Position numbers and translations under genes: made by a program. DNA of 64,000 nucleotides from Felis catus. Its lineage: Eukaryota. Every line of letters starts with the position of its first letter. Positions within the stretch are counted from its first letter, which is position 1. Positions 49,114 through 60,039 of the stretch are shown here, in pieces. The stretch spans positions 145,082,001 through 145,146,000 of the forward strand of contig NC_058368.1 of the NCBI RefSeq assembly GCF_018350175.1, written 5' to 3'. The notes under the pieces were generated by a model. That model saw only the letters and a list, made by a program, of their open reading frames with translations, was not told the origin of the DNA and did not search any database.

Positions 49114-51106
49114 TTTTTTTTTTTAAGCCAAGTATTTTTATTTAATACATTCTAATCAAATAGTAACAGCAGTAAATAAACACTTTGAAAAACAGGCAGG
49201 TATCCCCCTATCTCTGGAAGAAAATTAAGTCGAAGTATTCTACCTGGTCACACAATTCAAGGACAACTTGGAAATTTCTAAAGCCATTTCCCAAAAGTCA
49301 ATGGCAACAGGTTGGGATACAGCTACTTCAAAGGATAAAATGCCTGTATCTACATGGTTTTATTAACAGGGATTGAGTTGCATCTGTAGAGCACAACCTT
49401 CTTGTCTTTAGCCTTAAAGGAAAAGAGTTCATATATGTAGTAAAAAGTCAAATTCAGGATTTCGTGGTCACTTTTTTGGCTGATTTGGTTAATTGCACAA
49501 AAAGAAGGATAAATACTCACAAGCAGTATCTGTTTAACGAAACACCTAGGTACATCCAGAATGCAAAAACAGAAAATGTCCTCAAGTAGACTCTGATCAC
49601 CAGGCATGTGAAATTAAAGCTAAGCCTGCATCAGTTTGTTGCTTCTATTTCTTCAGTGGTCCTGCATGGAGTTCTCTCTCTACTACCAGGGCCTGGGCCT
49701 TCCACCTAACAAACAGAAACCTGGGGAAGGCAAGGCATTCTGATAAAACATTCCTTCAGCCTCCACTCACGGCATTTTGCTTTCAACTTAAAAGGATCTG
49801 CTGGTCTTGGTCAGCCTTAGGAAGGGAAGCATCACTCAGGTGAAAACATTTGGGGAAACTTTAAATACCTAGCTACCTCCTCACACATTTAAATTAGATG
49901 GACTTCAGCTGTTTTTAGAATTCCGAATAGTTATCCAGAGTAGTGACTCAAATTTTGGTTCTTTTATTTTGTATTTTATTTATTTTTTTAACATAGCTGC
50001 ATTCGGAGATACTTTATAGGAGGCATGTTTAGAAAAAGAGAAACACTTATACCTGGAATTTATATTCTTCCAAGTAATCTTTTAGTCTTGTTGGTAAAGG
50101 CAGTCCCCAGATGATACTGGTGCATCTCCATAACGGAGAGTCTACAGAGATGCTGCAGAGGCAGGGCTGATGTGTAGAGCGGTTTGGTCAGATAAAAGTG
50201 AACGGTGTCGTTCGAGGGCGCTTCTGGGCCTGTCTGCTTATCCTTGCACATCTGAACATAGTAGTCGGTCAGATTAACCACAGTGTCAAACTGTTTAAAC
50301 TTGGACTTGAGACATACGATATACAGTCCAACCTGAATTTCCCATCTTGGTATTCGATTCGCAGATTAGTTGGTCCAGCTGATCTTTTAACAGATATTTT
50401 TAGTAGGTGGTCTGAATGAGAGGTATCTCTAATCAAGAAAGTTCTTTCTGGTGCCTTTTTAAGTTTCTCCTTGGCTTCATTAACAGTCATACTTCCCCAG
50501 TACCAACCTGTTTGACTGAGTTCGTATAGAGCCTTCACCAGACGTGCCGCCTCCGGGGACGGCTCTTCCGCGGACCCTGAGGTCCCACACTGGCTCTGCG
50601 TCCCTTCCACTCCATTCCCGGAGGACTCGAGGCACCGTAGGGTCATGGGAAAGGGGTCAGGGCAGCAAAAACAAGTAGCTGCCCATGCCGGGACCAGAGA
50701 GGGGCACGCGTCCTTCTTGGAAGTCAGTGAGAACCCCAAAACGAGTCTCTGGGGGGTATCCGAATTGGTGGAGGGGGAGGGGATGCGGAGCTTCTGGTTT
50801 TTCCTCCCCAGATCAAAGGTGGACAGATGGCAAAGTCTCCCGCAGGCGCGGTCACGCACAGTTTGCCTGCTCTGACTGCTGAAGGGGTGCCCTTACCTAT
50901 GCACTCGGGTGGTGCTGGACAGCCAACCTCGGTGCCTACAGTCCCAAGAGCTCTCCTCTTGGCGATTTCCCCCGCAGGGCTAGCGCCACAGGGAGGGAAA
51001 AACAGATCCCAAATTTCGATAACCATTTTTCTTTGAAATACTATTCTATTGTATCACTTCTCAAAAGCTTGAAAGGTCAATGGCCACTTTCAGTTGAAGC
51101 AGGGGC
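49114..51106 (-). pseudogene. SOCS2: SOCS2 processed pseudogene (retrocopy: 5'UTR + CDS + 3'UTR + poly(A))
   Basis: The minus-strand translation MTLRCLESSGNG...GWYWGSMTVNEAKEKLK...FLIRD...PTNLRIEYQDGKFRLD and ...DYYVQMCKDK...LTKPLYTSA..LQHLCRL...IWGLPLPTRLKDYLEEYKFQV* is recognisably SOCS2. There is no intron. T11 at 49114-49124 is the poly(A), AATAAA lies on the minus strand at 49137-49142, and the identical TSD TCATCTTTCAACAATATTTC is at 49094-49113 and 51107-51126. Confidence 0.97.
50047..50646 (-). pseudogene. SOCS2: Disabled SOCS2 CDS (ATG at 50646, native TAA at 50047-50049)
   Basis: 600 nt versus 597 expected for a 198-aa SOCS2. A +2 frameshift near 50320 (GAC TGT AT ATC) gives a premature TGA at 50269-50271. 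A +1 frameshift near 50128 falls in the SOCS box. Confidence 0.93.
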
Positions 51107-51189
51107 TCATCTTTCAACAATATTTCTGAATGTAAATGGACCAAATGCTCTAATCAAAAGACACAGGGTGGATTAAAAAACAAAATTCA

Positions 51190-51211
51190 ATCATGGATAA
51201 AGATGTGGTGT

Positions 51212-51256
<45 letters not shown>

Positions 51257-51641
51257 GGAGTATTACTCAGCAATCAAAAGGAATGACATCTTGCCATTTG
51301 CAACTACATAGATGGAACTAGAGGGTATTACGCTATGTGAAATTAGAGAAAGACAAATATCTTATGACTTCACTCATATGAGGACTTTAAGACACAGAAC
51401 AGATGATCCTAAGGGAAGGGGAGCAAAAATAACATAAAAACAGGGAAGGGGACAAAACATAAGAGATTCTTAAATATGGAGAACAAACAGAGGGTTACTG
51501 GAGGGGTTATGGGAGGGGGTATGGGCTAAATGGGTAAGGGGCATTAAGAAATCTACTCCTGAAATCATTGTTGCACTATATGCTAATTTGGATGTAAATA
51601 AAAAAATAAAATTTAAATAGAAAAAAAAACAAACAAAACCC
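51190..51641 (+). mobile_element. 5'-truncated L1 3'-end fragment inserted into the host L1 ORF2
   Basis: L1 3'UTR sequence with AATAAA and an A-rich tail. Flanking repeat ACAAAATTCA at 51180-51189 and 51642-51651. Host ORF2 resumes with TCTATATGCTGCCTACAAGAG. Confidence 0.88.
51214..51254. repeat. (CA)n microsatellite
   Basis: About 20 perfect units. Confidence 0.97.
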
Positions 51642-51950
51642 ACAAAATTCATCTATATGCTGCCTACAAGAGCCTCATTTTATATCTAAAGACACCTGCA
51701 GATTGAAAATGAGGGGAGGGAGAACGATCTATCATGCTAATGGATGTCAAAAGAAAGCTGAAATAGCCATACTCATATCATACAGACTAGATTTTAAAAC
51801 AGACTCTAATAAGAGAGGAAGAAGGGCATACATCATAATTAAGGGGTCTACCCATCAAGAAGAGCTAACAATTGTAAATATTTATGCCTCCAAATTGGAA
51901 ACACCCAAATATATAAAAGAATTAAAAACAAACATAAAGAAACTCACTGA

Positions 51951-52153
51951 GGGGCAGCTGGGTAGCTCAGTTGGTTAAATGTCCAACTTCAGGTTAGGTC
52001 ATGATCTCATGGTTTGTGAGCTTGAGCCCCATGTTGGGCTCTGTGCAGACAGCTCAGAGCCTGCAGCCTACTTGAGATTCTCTATCTCCCTATCCCTGCC
52101 CTCCCCTGCTCACCCTCTGTCTCTCTCTGTCTCTCTCTCTCTCAAAAATAAAC

Positions 52154-52204
<51 letters not shown>

Positions 52205-52210
52205 GAAAGA
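51951..52210 (+). mobile_element. SINEC with (GAAA)n tail inside L1 ORF2
   Basis: Flanking AACTCACTGA repeat. Confidence 0.92.
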
Positions 52211-54182
52211 AACTAACTCACTGATAGTAATGCCATAACAGTGGGGGACATTAATACCCCACTTACAACAACAGATCATCTAAGCAGAATTTCCACAAGG
52301 AAACAATGGCTTTGAAAGACACACTGAATCAAGTGGACTTAAAAGATACATTCAGAACATTTCATCCTAAAGCAGAATATACATTCTTTTCGAGTGCACA
52401 TGGAACAGTCTCCAGAACAGATCACATACTGGGTGACAAATTAGCCTTCAACAAGTACAAAAAGACAGATCCTACCATGCATATTTTCAGATCACAATGC
52501 TATGAAACTTAAAATCAATCACAAGAAAAAATTTGGAAAGCCCTCAAATACATGGAGGTTAAAGAACATCCTACTAAAGAATGAATGGGTTAACCAAGAA
52601 ATTAAAGAATAAATTAAAACAAAACAAAACATGGAAGCAAATGAAAATGAAAACACAACAGTCCAAACCCTTTGGGATGCAGCAAAGGCAGTCCTAAGAG
52701 GAAAATGCATTGCAGTTGAGGCCCATCTCAAGAAGCAAGAAAGGTCCCAAATACAAAACCTAACCTTACACCTAAAGGAACTAGAAAAAGAACAGCAAGT
52801 AAAGCTAACACAAGCAGAAGAGAATAAAACAAAGATTAGACCAGAAATAAATGACATGGAAACAACAACAAAAACAGTAGAACAGATCAATGAAACTAAA
52901 TGCTGGCTCTTCAAAAAATAAACAAAATTGATAACCCCCTAGCCAGACTTCTCAAAAAGAAAAGAAAAGGACCCAAATAGACAGTCATGAATGAAGAAGA
53001 GAGATATCACAACCAACACCACAGAAATACAATCATAAAACAATACTATGAAAAATTATATGCCAACAAACTGGGCAATCAGGAATAAATGGACAAATTC
53101 CTACAAACTCACACACTACCAAAACTGAAACAGGAAGAAATAGAAATTTTGAACAGACCTATAACCAGCAAAGAAATTCAACCAGTTATCAAAAATCTCC
53201 AAACAGATAAGAGTCCTGGACCAGATGGCTTCCCAGAGGCATTCTACCATTGATTTAAAGAAGAGTTAATACCTATTCTTCTCAAACTGTTGCAAAAATA
53301 GAAATGGAAGGAAAGCTTCTAAGCTCATTCTATGAAGTCAGCATCACCTTGATTCCAAAACCAAAGACCCCACTAAAAAGGAGAATTACAGGCCAATATC
53401 ACTGATGAAACTGGATGCAAAATTTCTCAACAAGATACTAGCAAATTGAATCCCATAGTATGTTAAAAGAATTATTCACCAGGACCAAGTGGGATTTATT
53501 CCTGGGCTGCAGAGTTGGTTCAATATCCAAAAACCAATCAACGTGATACATCACATTAATAAAAGAAAGGATAAGAACCATATAATCCTCTCAACAGATG
53601 CAGAAAAAGCATTTGACAAAGTACGGAATCCTTTCTTGATAAAAACCCTCAAGATAGTGGGAACAGAAAGAGCATATATCAACATCATAAAGTCCAGGTA
53701 TGAAAGACCCATAGCTAATATCATCCTCAATGGGGAAAAATGAGAGCTTTGGCCCTAAGGTCAGGAACATGACAGGCATGTCCACTCTAAACACTGTTGT
53801 TCAAAATAGTACTGGAAGTCCTAGCCTCAGTAATCAGACAACAAAAAGAAATAAAAGACATATAATTTGGCAAGGAAGAAGTCAAACTTTCACTCTTTGC
53901 AGATGACACAATACTCGATGACACGTAAGTCCCAAAAGACTCCACCAAAAATCTGCTAAAACTAATACATGAATTTAGTAAAGTCATAGGATATAAAATC
54001 AACATACAGAAATTAGTTGCATTTCTATATACCAATAATTAAGCAGCAGAAAGAGAAATCAAGGAACTGATCCCATTTACAACTGCACCAAAAACCCTAA
54101 GATAACTAGTAATAAACCTAACCAAAGAGGTAAAAGATCTGAAAACTGAAAACTATAGAAAGCTTATAAAAGAAATTGAAGA

Positions 54183-54398
54183 GGGGCACCTGGATGGCTC
54201 AATAGGTTAAGCATCTGACTTCGGCTCAAGTCATGATCTCATGGTTCATGAGTTTGAGCCCCATCTTGGGCTCTGTGCTGACAGCTCAGAGCCTGGAGCC
54301 TGCTTCAGCTTCTGTGTCTCCCCCTCTCTCTCTGCCCCTCCCCACTCGCACTGTCTGTCTCTCTCTCTCTCAAAAATAAATAAACATTAAAAAAAATT
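54183..54398 (+). mobile_element. SINEC inside L1 ORF2
   Basis: Full SINEC body and A-tail. Confidence 0.92.
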
Positions 54399-55686
54399 TA
54401 AGAAACTACAGAAAACACAAAGAAAATGGAGAAACATTCCACACTCATGAACTAGAAAATTAAATATTGTTAAAATGTCTATACTACCCAAAGTAATCTG
54501 TACATTCAATGCAATCCCAATCAAAATAGCACCAGCATTCTTCACAGAGCCAGAATAAACCATCTAAAACTTATATGGAACCACAAAAGACATCAAATAT
54601 CCAAAGTAATGTTGAAAAGAAAACCAAGCTGGAGGCATCACAATTCTGGACTTCAAGCTGTATTACAAAGCTATAATCATCAAAACAGCATGGTACTGGT
54701 ACAAAAACAGACACATAGATCAATGGAACAGAATACAGAACCCAGAAATGGACCCAGAACCTATATAGCAAACCAGTCTTCCACAAAGCAGGAAAGAATA
54801 TCCAATAGAAAAAAGACAGTCTCTTCAGCAAATGATGCTGGGAGAACTGGACAGCAACATGCAGAAGAATGAAACTGAACACTTTCTTACCACCATACAC
54901 AGAAATAAATTCAAAACGGGTGAAAGAACTAAATGTCAGACAAGAAATCATCTAAATCCCACAGGAGAAAACAGGCAGCAATCTCTTTGACCTCAGCCAC
55001 AGCAACTTCTTACTAGACCTATCTCCAGAGGCAAGGGAAACAAAAGTAAAAATGAACTACTGGGACCTCATCAAAATAAAAAGCTTCTGCACAGTGAAGG
55101 AAACAATCAGTAAAACTAAAAGGCAACTGATGGAATGGGAGAAGATATTTGCAAATGGCGTATTAGAAAAAGGGTTGGGATCCAAAATCTATGAAGAACT
55201 TCTCAAACTCAACACCCAAAAAATAAATAATCCAGTGAAGAAATGGGCAGAAGACATGAATAGACACTTTTCCAAAGAAGACATCCAAATGGCTAAGAGA
55301 CACATGAAAAAATGCTCAACACTCATCATCAGAGAAATACAAATCAAAATCACAATGAGATACCACCTTACACCTGTTAAAAGGGCTAAAATGAACAACT
55401 CAGGACCCAAGAGATGTTGGTAAGGATGCAGAGAATGGAGAACACTTTTGCACTGTTGGTGGGAATGAAGACTGGTACAGCCACTTTGGAAAACAGTATG
55501 CCGGTCCCTCAAAAAATTAAAAATAGAACTACTCCACTATCCAGAAATTGCACTACTAGGTATTTATCCAAAGGATACAAAGGGCTGATTTAAAGCGGCA
55601 CATGTTATAGCAGTGCTATCAACAATAGCCAAATTATGGAAAGAGCCCAAATGTCCATCAACAGATCAATGGTTAAAGAAGATGTG

Positions 55687-55687
<1 letters not shown>

Positions 55688-55722
<35 letters not shown>

Positions 55723-55842
55723 TCTGTTGTATACATATATATGTATATATGTACATACGTATATATGTACATACATGTATATGTATATGTATATATATAT
55801 TGCATTGTGTGTGTGTGTGTGTGTATATATATATACATATAT
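55688..55842. repeat. Compound (TG)n/(TA)n microsatellite inside L1
   Basis: Seen directly. Confidence 0.95.
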
Positions 55843-56262
55843 GGAATGTTACTTGGCAATAGAATATTACTTGGCAATCAAAAAGAATGAAATCTTGCTA
55901 TTTGCAACAACATGGATGGAAGTAGAGTGTATTATGCTAAGTGAAGTCAGAGAAAGATAAATACATGATTTCACTCATAGGTGGAATTTAAGAAACACAA
56001 CAGATGAGCATAAGTGAAGGGAAGGGAAAAAAAAAGATAAAAACAAGAGAGGGAGGCAAACCATGAAAGACAATTAAACACAGAGAATAAACTAAGGATT
56101 GCTGGGAGGGAGATGGGTGGGGGTATGGGCTAAATGGGTGATGGGCATTAAGGAGTGCACTTGTTGAGATGAGCACTGGGTGTTATATGGAAGTTATGAA
56201 TCACTGGGTTCTACTGATACCAATACTATACTGTATGTTAACTAACTTCATTTAAATTAAAA

Positions 56263-56517
56263 AAAATGAGTAAGTTATAGAAACGATGTACAACAGTTAT
56301 TATAGTTAATAATACTGTATTACACACTTGAAAGTTACTAGAAAGATCTTAAATGTTCTCACAAAATGGTAATTATATGAAGTGATACAGGTATTAGCTA
56401 ACACAATGGTGGTAATCATTTTGCAATATATGAGTATATAAAATCAGCATGTTGTACACTTTAAACTTTCATAATATTATATGTCAATTATATCTCCATA
56501 AAGCTGAGGAGAAAAAC
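56263..56517 (+). mobile_element. Older L1 (L1MA9-like) 3' end, right part
   Basis: TATAGTTAATAATACTGTATT...GGTAATCATTTTGCAATATAT...ATGTCAATTATATCTCCATAAAGCTG, typical of an L1MA 3' terminus and continuing the element split at 46425. Confidence 0.85.
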
Positions 56518-56562
56518 TATACTAATTATGCTGGGAAAACAAGACATGTAAAAATAAACAGA

Positions 56563-56790
56563 GGGGCATCTAGGTGGCTCAGTCAGTTAAGCATCCGACT
56601 CCTGATTTCTGCTCAGGTCATGGTCCCAAGGTTTCATGAGTTCTAGTCCTATGTCAAGCTCTGTGTACCAAGTGTGAAGAGCCTGCTTGGGATTCTCTGT
56701 CTCCCTCTCTCTCTCTGGCCCTTCCCCACTCATGCTCTATCTCTCTCAAAATAAATAAACTTTAAAAATAATAAATAAATACATACATAC
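56563..56790 (+). mobile_element. SINEC
   Basis: SINEC body with (TAAA)/(TACA)n tail. Confidence 0.9.
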
Positions 56791-57211
56791 ATACTTACCA
56801 AGGACCAACTATGTGCAAAGTGACTAAGGACTCAAGAGTAAATGAGATAAACATAGTCTCTGCATTCTTGGAGTTTGGAGTCTACTAATTATTAATTAAT
56901 TTCACTCTGTCTTATAGGAGAGAGACTTAGGCAAGAATCAGATCATTCATGGTCCTACAGGCCACAATAAAAAGTTTGAGTTTAATCTAAATGTAATGAG
57001 GAGTATGACATGACAAGATAGATGATTTAAATGCACCAAGTATATCAGGAATCACAGACTTTTTTTTATTATTTTGTAGAGTTAACATTGATTAATTAGA
57101 CTTAGAGCTTCCATCCCAAAACAAAAGCAGCAGCAACAATGATACACAGCAATGATTTTCAAAGTTTTGTCAAAAGGAATAGCACTTTTCTTTTTGAATA
57201 AAACATTTCTT

Positions 57212-57425
57212 GGGACACCTGGGTGGCTCAGTCAGTTAAACGTCCGACTCTTCATTTCAGGAGTTCATGATCTCACAGTTCATGAGCTTGAGCCCCATGT
57301 CAGGCTCTGTGCTGACAGCAGGGACCTGCTTGGGATTCTCTCTCTCCCTTTCTCTGCCCTTCCCCCATTTGCACATGTGCCCTCTCTCTCTCCCTCTCAT
57401 TCTCTCTCTCAAAATAAACATTAAA
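57212..57425 (+). mobile_element. SINEC
   Basis: TSD AAAACATTTCTT / AAACCATTTCTT. Confidence 0.92.
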
Positions 57426-57529
57426 AAACCATTTCTTATGCCACATTAAATAGAAACATTAGTAATGGAGCCACTTTAAGATGGCCTGATTTCATACTGT
57501 CACCTCCTTCAGTTCTTTCAGGAAAAGAG

Positions 57530-57720
57530 TATGGAAACACAGCTACAGAATTAAGAACATTGGCCTAGAAATCAGAAGATTTGTCCTAGTCCTGACAATG
57601 ACTTCACAGCAAAGTAACTTTGTGCAAGTCGTTTGAAGTCTTCAGTCTCAACTTCTCCTTTATTAAAATAGAGATAAATCTGACATGCTTACCACACACA
57701 ATAGTAGTGTGGATCAAAAG
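57530..57720 (+). mobile_element. MIR SINE
   Basis: AAGAACATTGGCCTAGAAATCAGAAGA...CTCAACTTCTCCTTTATTAAAATAGAGATAA. Confidence 0.55.
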
Positions 57721-57730
57721 TGATAGTGTT

Positions 57731-57968
57731 GGGGGCATCTAGGTGGCTCAGTCAGTTGAGTGTCAGATTTCAGCTCGGGTCATGATCTCATCTCAGGTCA
57801 TGATCTCACGGTTCGTAAGTTCAAGTCCTGAATTGGGCTTGTTGCTGTCAATGCAGAGCCTGCTTCAGATCCTCTGTTCCCCTCTCTTTCTGCCCCTCCC
57901 CTGCTCACATGTACCTGCTCTCTCTCTCCCTCTCTCTCAAAAATAAATAAAAGATTAGAAAAAAAGAA
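57731..57968 (+). mobile_element. SINEC with internal tandem duplication
   Basis: CTCGGGTCATGATCTCA repeated as CTCAGGTCATGATCTCA; TSD AAAAGTGATAGTGTTG / AAAAGTGATAATGTTG. Confidence 0.92.
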
Positions 57969-58157
57969 AAAAAGTGATAATGTTGAAGGGGGAGAGTTGT
58001 CACCAACCAGACTATCAACTGGAAACTACATATTTTATTGCTTATGAAATAAATTCTTTTTGCTTGATTGATGTCCAAATCATATTGAACAATTAAGGCC
58101 CCCAAGCATGAATTAAGTTTTGCAAAAGGTCAAGGCAATTTATAAACTGGTAGATGT

Positions 58158-58260
58158 GGGGGTACCTGGCTGGCTCAGTTGGCAGAATATGCAACTCGTG
58201 ATCTTGGGGTTGTGAGTTTGAACCCCACATTGGGTATAGAGATCACTTAATAAAATCTGA

Positions 58261-58320
<60 letters not shown>

Positions 58321-58328
58321 AAAGAAAG
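58158..58328 (+). mobile_element. Short old-type SINEC with (GAAA)n tail
   Basis: TSD AAACTGGTAG / AAATTGGTAG. Confidence 0.87.
58259..58321. repeat. (GAAA)n tetranucleotide microsatellite
   Basis: About 15 perfect units. Confidence 0.97.
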
Positions 58329-58659
58329 GAAATTGGTAGGTGGGGCATTAAACAGACACCATACATTTACTGAATCCTATGAGGTCCCAGGCAATGTTAT
58401 AACCAATTGCAAAGAATAACCAAATTTGGGTTTTAATGGAAAATGTTATTTATCTTTTAATTACTTAGTGAGTTACAAAAAGTCAATGAGTTAATAAAAG
58501 AGTAAATAATATACTCTCTTAGATTTCTCAATGCTTTCAACACATTAAACTTATTTACTTCCTATAAATCACTGAGTTAGGTTGTATTTGTCCTTAAATA
58601 TTTCATCTGAACTATCCTAGCTTCAGATACGTTAGATTCTCTCTTTTTAAGAGGAGAAA

Positions 58660-58753
58660 GTAGGTGATGGGCATTGAGGAGGGCACCTGTTGGGATCACC
58701 ACTGGGTGTTGTATGGAAACCAATCTGACAATAAATAATTCTTTAAAAAAAAA
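58660..58753 (+). mobile_element. Very short L1 3'-terminal fragment
   Basis: GGTGATGGGCATTGAGGAGGGCACCTGTTGGGAT...GTATGGAAACCAATCTGACAATAAA closely matches 18625-18697 in this window, followed by an A-tail. Confidence 0.85.
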
Positions 58754-58839
58754 AGGAAAAAAGAAATACCTCAAAGATAAAAATTCTCAAGCAGTTAGAC
58801 AATGCAAAATAACAAATCTCCAATGCAGTAGTTATAGAG

Positions 58840-58841
<2 letters not shown>

Positions 58842-58875
<34 letters not shown>

Positions 58876-58962
58876 CATGCATATAAACGTATATATATAT
58901 GTGTGTGTATATATATGTATACACACACATATATATATACATATATATATACATATATATAT
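58842..58962. repeat. Compound (TG)n/(TA)n microsatellite
   Basis: Seen directly. Confidence 0.95.
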
Positions 58963-59260
58963 GGCAAGTTGGATAGACCTATGGGGCCGGAGTTGTAGAA
59001 ATGGGGCATGAAACTAGGTAAGAACAAATGAATGAGTGAATGAATGTGAATTAAATAGCAGAAAGGCCTGAGATGGACCAAAGATGATACTGTGCCACGA
59101 ACTGAGGAATATTATTAACTTGGACCTCTATAATTATGGCCAAAATTAATAAATGCACAGTTACAGAGATAAATGCACCAAATCTTATAATTTAAAATAT
59201 CAAATTCTAAATGAATGATTGGCTCAATATTATCAATCTTTCTTTTTAAAAGATTTTTTA

Positions 59261-59488
59261 TTTATTTATTTTTTTAATTTTTTTTTTCAACGTTTATTTA
59301 TTTTTGGGACAGAGAGAGACAGAGCATGAACGGGGGAGGGGCAGAGAGAGGGAGACACAGAATCGGAAACAGGCTCCAGGCTCCGAGCCATCAGCCCAGA
59401 GCCTGACGCGGGGCTCGAACTCACGGACCGCGAGATCGTGACCTGGCTGAAGTCGGACGCTTAACCGACTGCGCCACCCAGGCGCCCC
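59261..59488 (-). mobile_element. Very young felid SINEC
   Basis: CpGs intact; TSD TTAAAAGATTTTTTA at 59246-59260 / 59489-59503. Confidence 0.97.
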
Positions 59489-59779
59489 TTAAAAGATTTT
59501 TTAAAAAGGGTAATAGTTTTAGAAAATATAGGTACATAAAATAAATGTTGATAGTCATGAGAGAGACACCAAAAAAAAAAAAGAAAGAAAAAAAGACTGG
59601 CTTTTTCCATGGGTTGGTTGTTTTTTAGTTGAGTGAGATGTTGTATTTCTGTTCTGTCACATGAAAAGGCATCAAAATTAACTTGGCATCACCAAACTAT
59701 ACAACTCCTACCAAGTACACACTTTTCAGTGTATTTGAAAACAAATGCCTTACTCTCACTATTGAAAAACAGCCACAGA

Positions 59780-60012
59780 GGGGCGCCTGGGTGGCTCAGT
59801 CGGTTAAGCGTCCGACTTCAGCCAGGTCACGATCTCGCGGTCTGTGAGTTCGAGCCCCGCGTCAGGCTCTGGGCTGACCACTCAGAGCCTGGAGCCTGTT
59901 TCAGATTCTGTGTCTCCCTCTCTCTCTGACCCTCCCCCGTTCATGCTCGCTCTCTCTCTGTCTCAAAAATAAATAAACGTTAAAAAAAAAAATTAAAAAA
60001 AAAAAAAGAAAG
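59780..60012 (+). mobile_element. Young felid SINEC
   Basis: TSD GAAAAACAGCCACAGA. Confidence 0.96.
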
Positions 60013-60039
60013 AAAAACAGCCACAGAATAATTGTATAT

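Larger units (their letters stand above)
46426..56262 (+). mobile_element. Full-length decayed carnivore LINE-1 (5'UTR ~46426-48123, ORF1 ~48124-49000, ORF2 ~49085-55990, 3'UTR/A-tail), interrupted by 4 later insertions
   Basis: Starts GGAGGGGTTAAGATGGC. ORF1-like peptide RQRNSIQKKGQEEITARDLLNTDISKISEQEFRTT. ORF2 endonuclease motif (LNVNGPNALIKRHRV), RT-region peptides ([28 protein letters not shown]) and C-terminal peptides. Degenerate TSD AAGATGAGAATGTTA (46411-46425) / AAAATGAGTAAGTTA (56263-56277). Many stops and frameshifts. Confidence 0.92.

Noticed and set aside
50269..50859. 196-aa ORF as a functional N-terminally extended SOCS2
   Set aside because: It starts at a GTG in the 5'UTR. 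The SOCS2-like part starts at ATG 50646 and is frameshifted before the SH2 domain ends.
55605..55960. Tyr/Ile/Val/Cys-rich ORFs (also 58674-59081 and 63466-63889)
   Set aside because: They arise from (TA)n/(TG)n microsatellites.
46426..56262. Active L1, or L1-mediated transduction of SOCS2
   Set aside because: ORF1 and ORF2 have many stops, frameshifts and insertions. SOCS2 is internal, antisense and has its own TSD.
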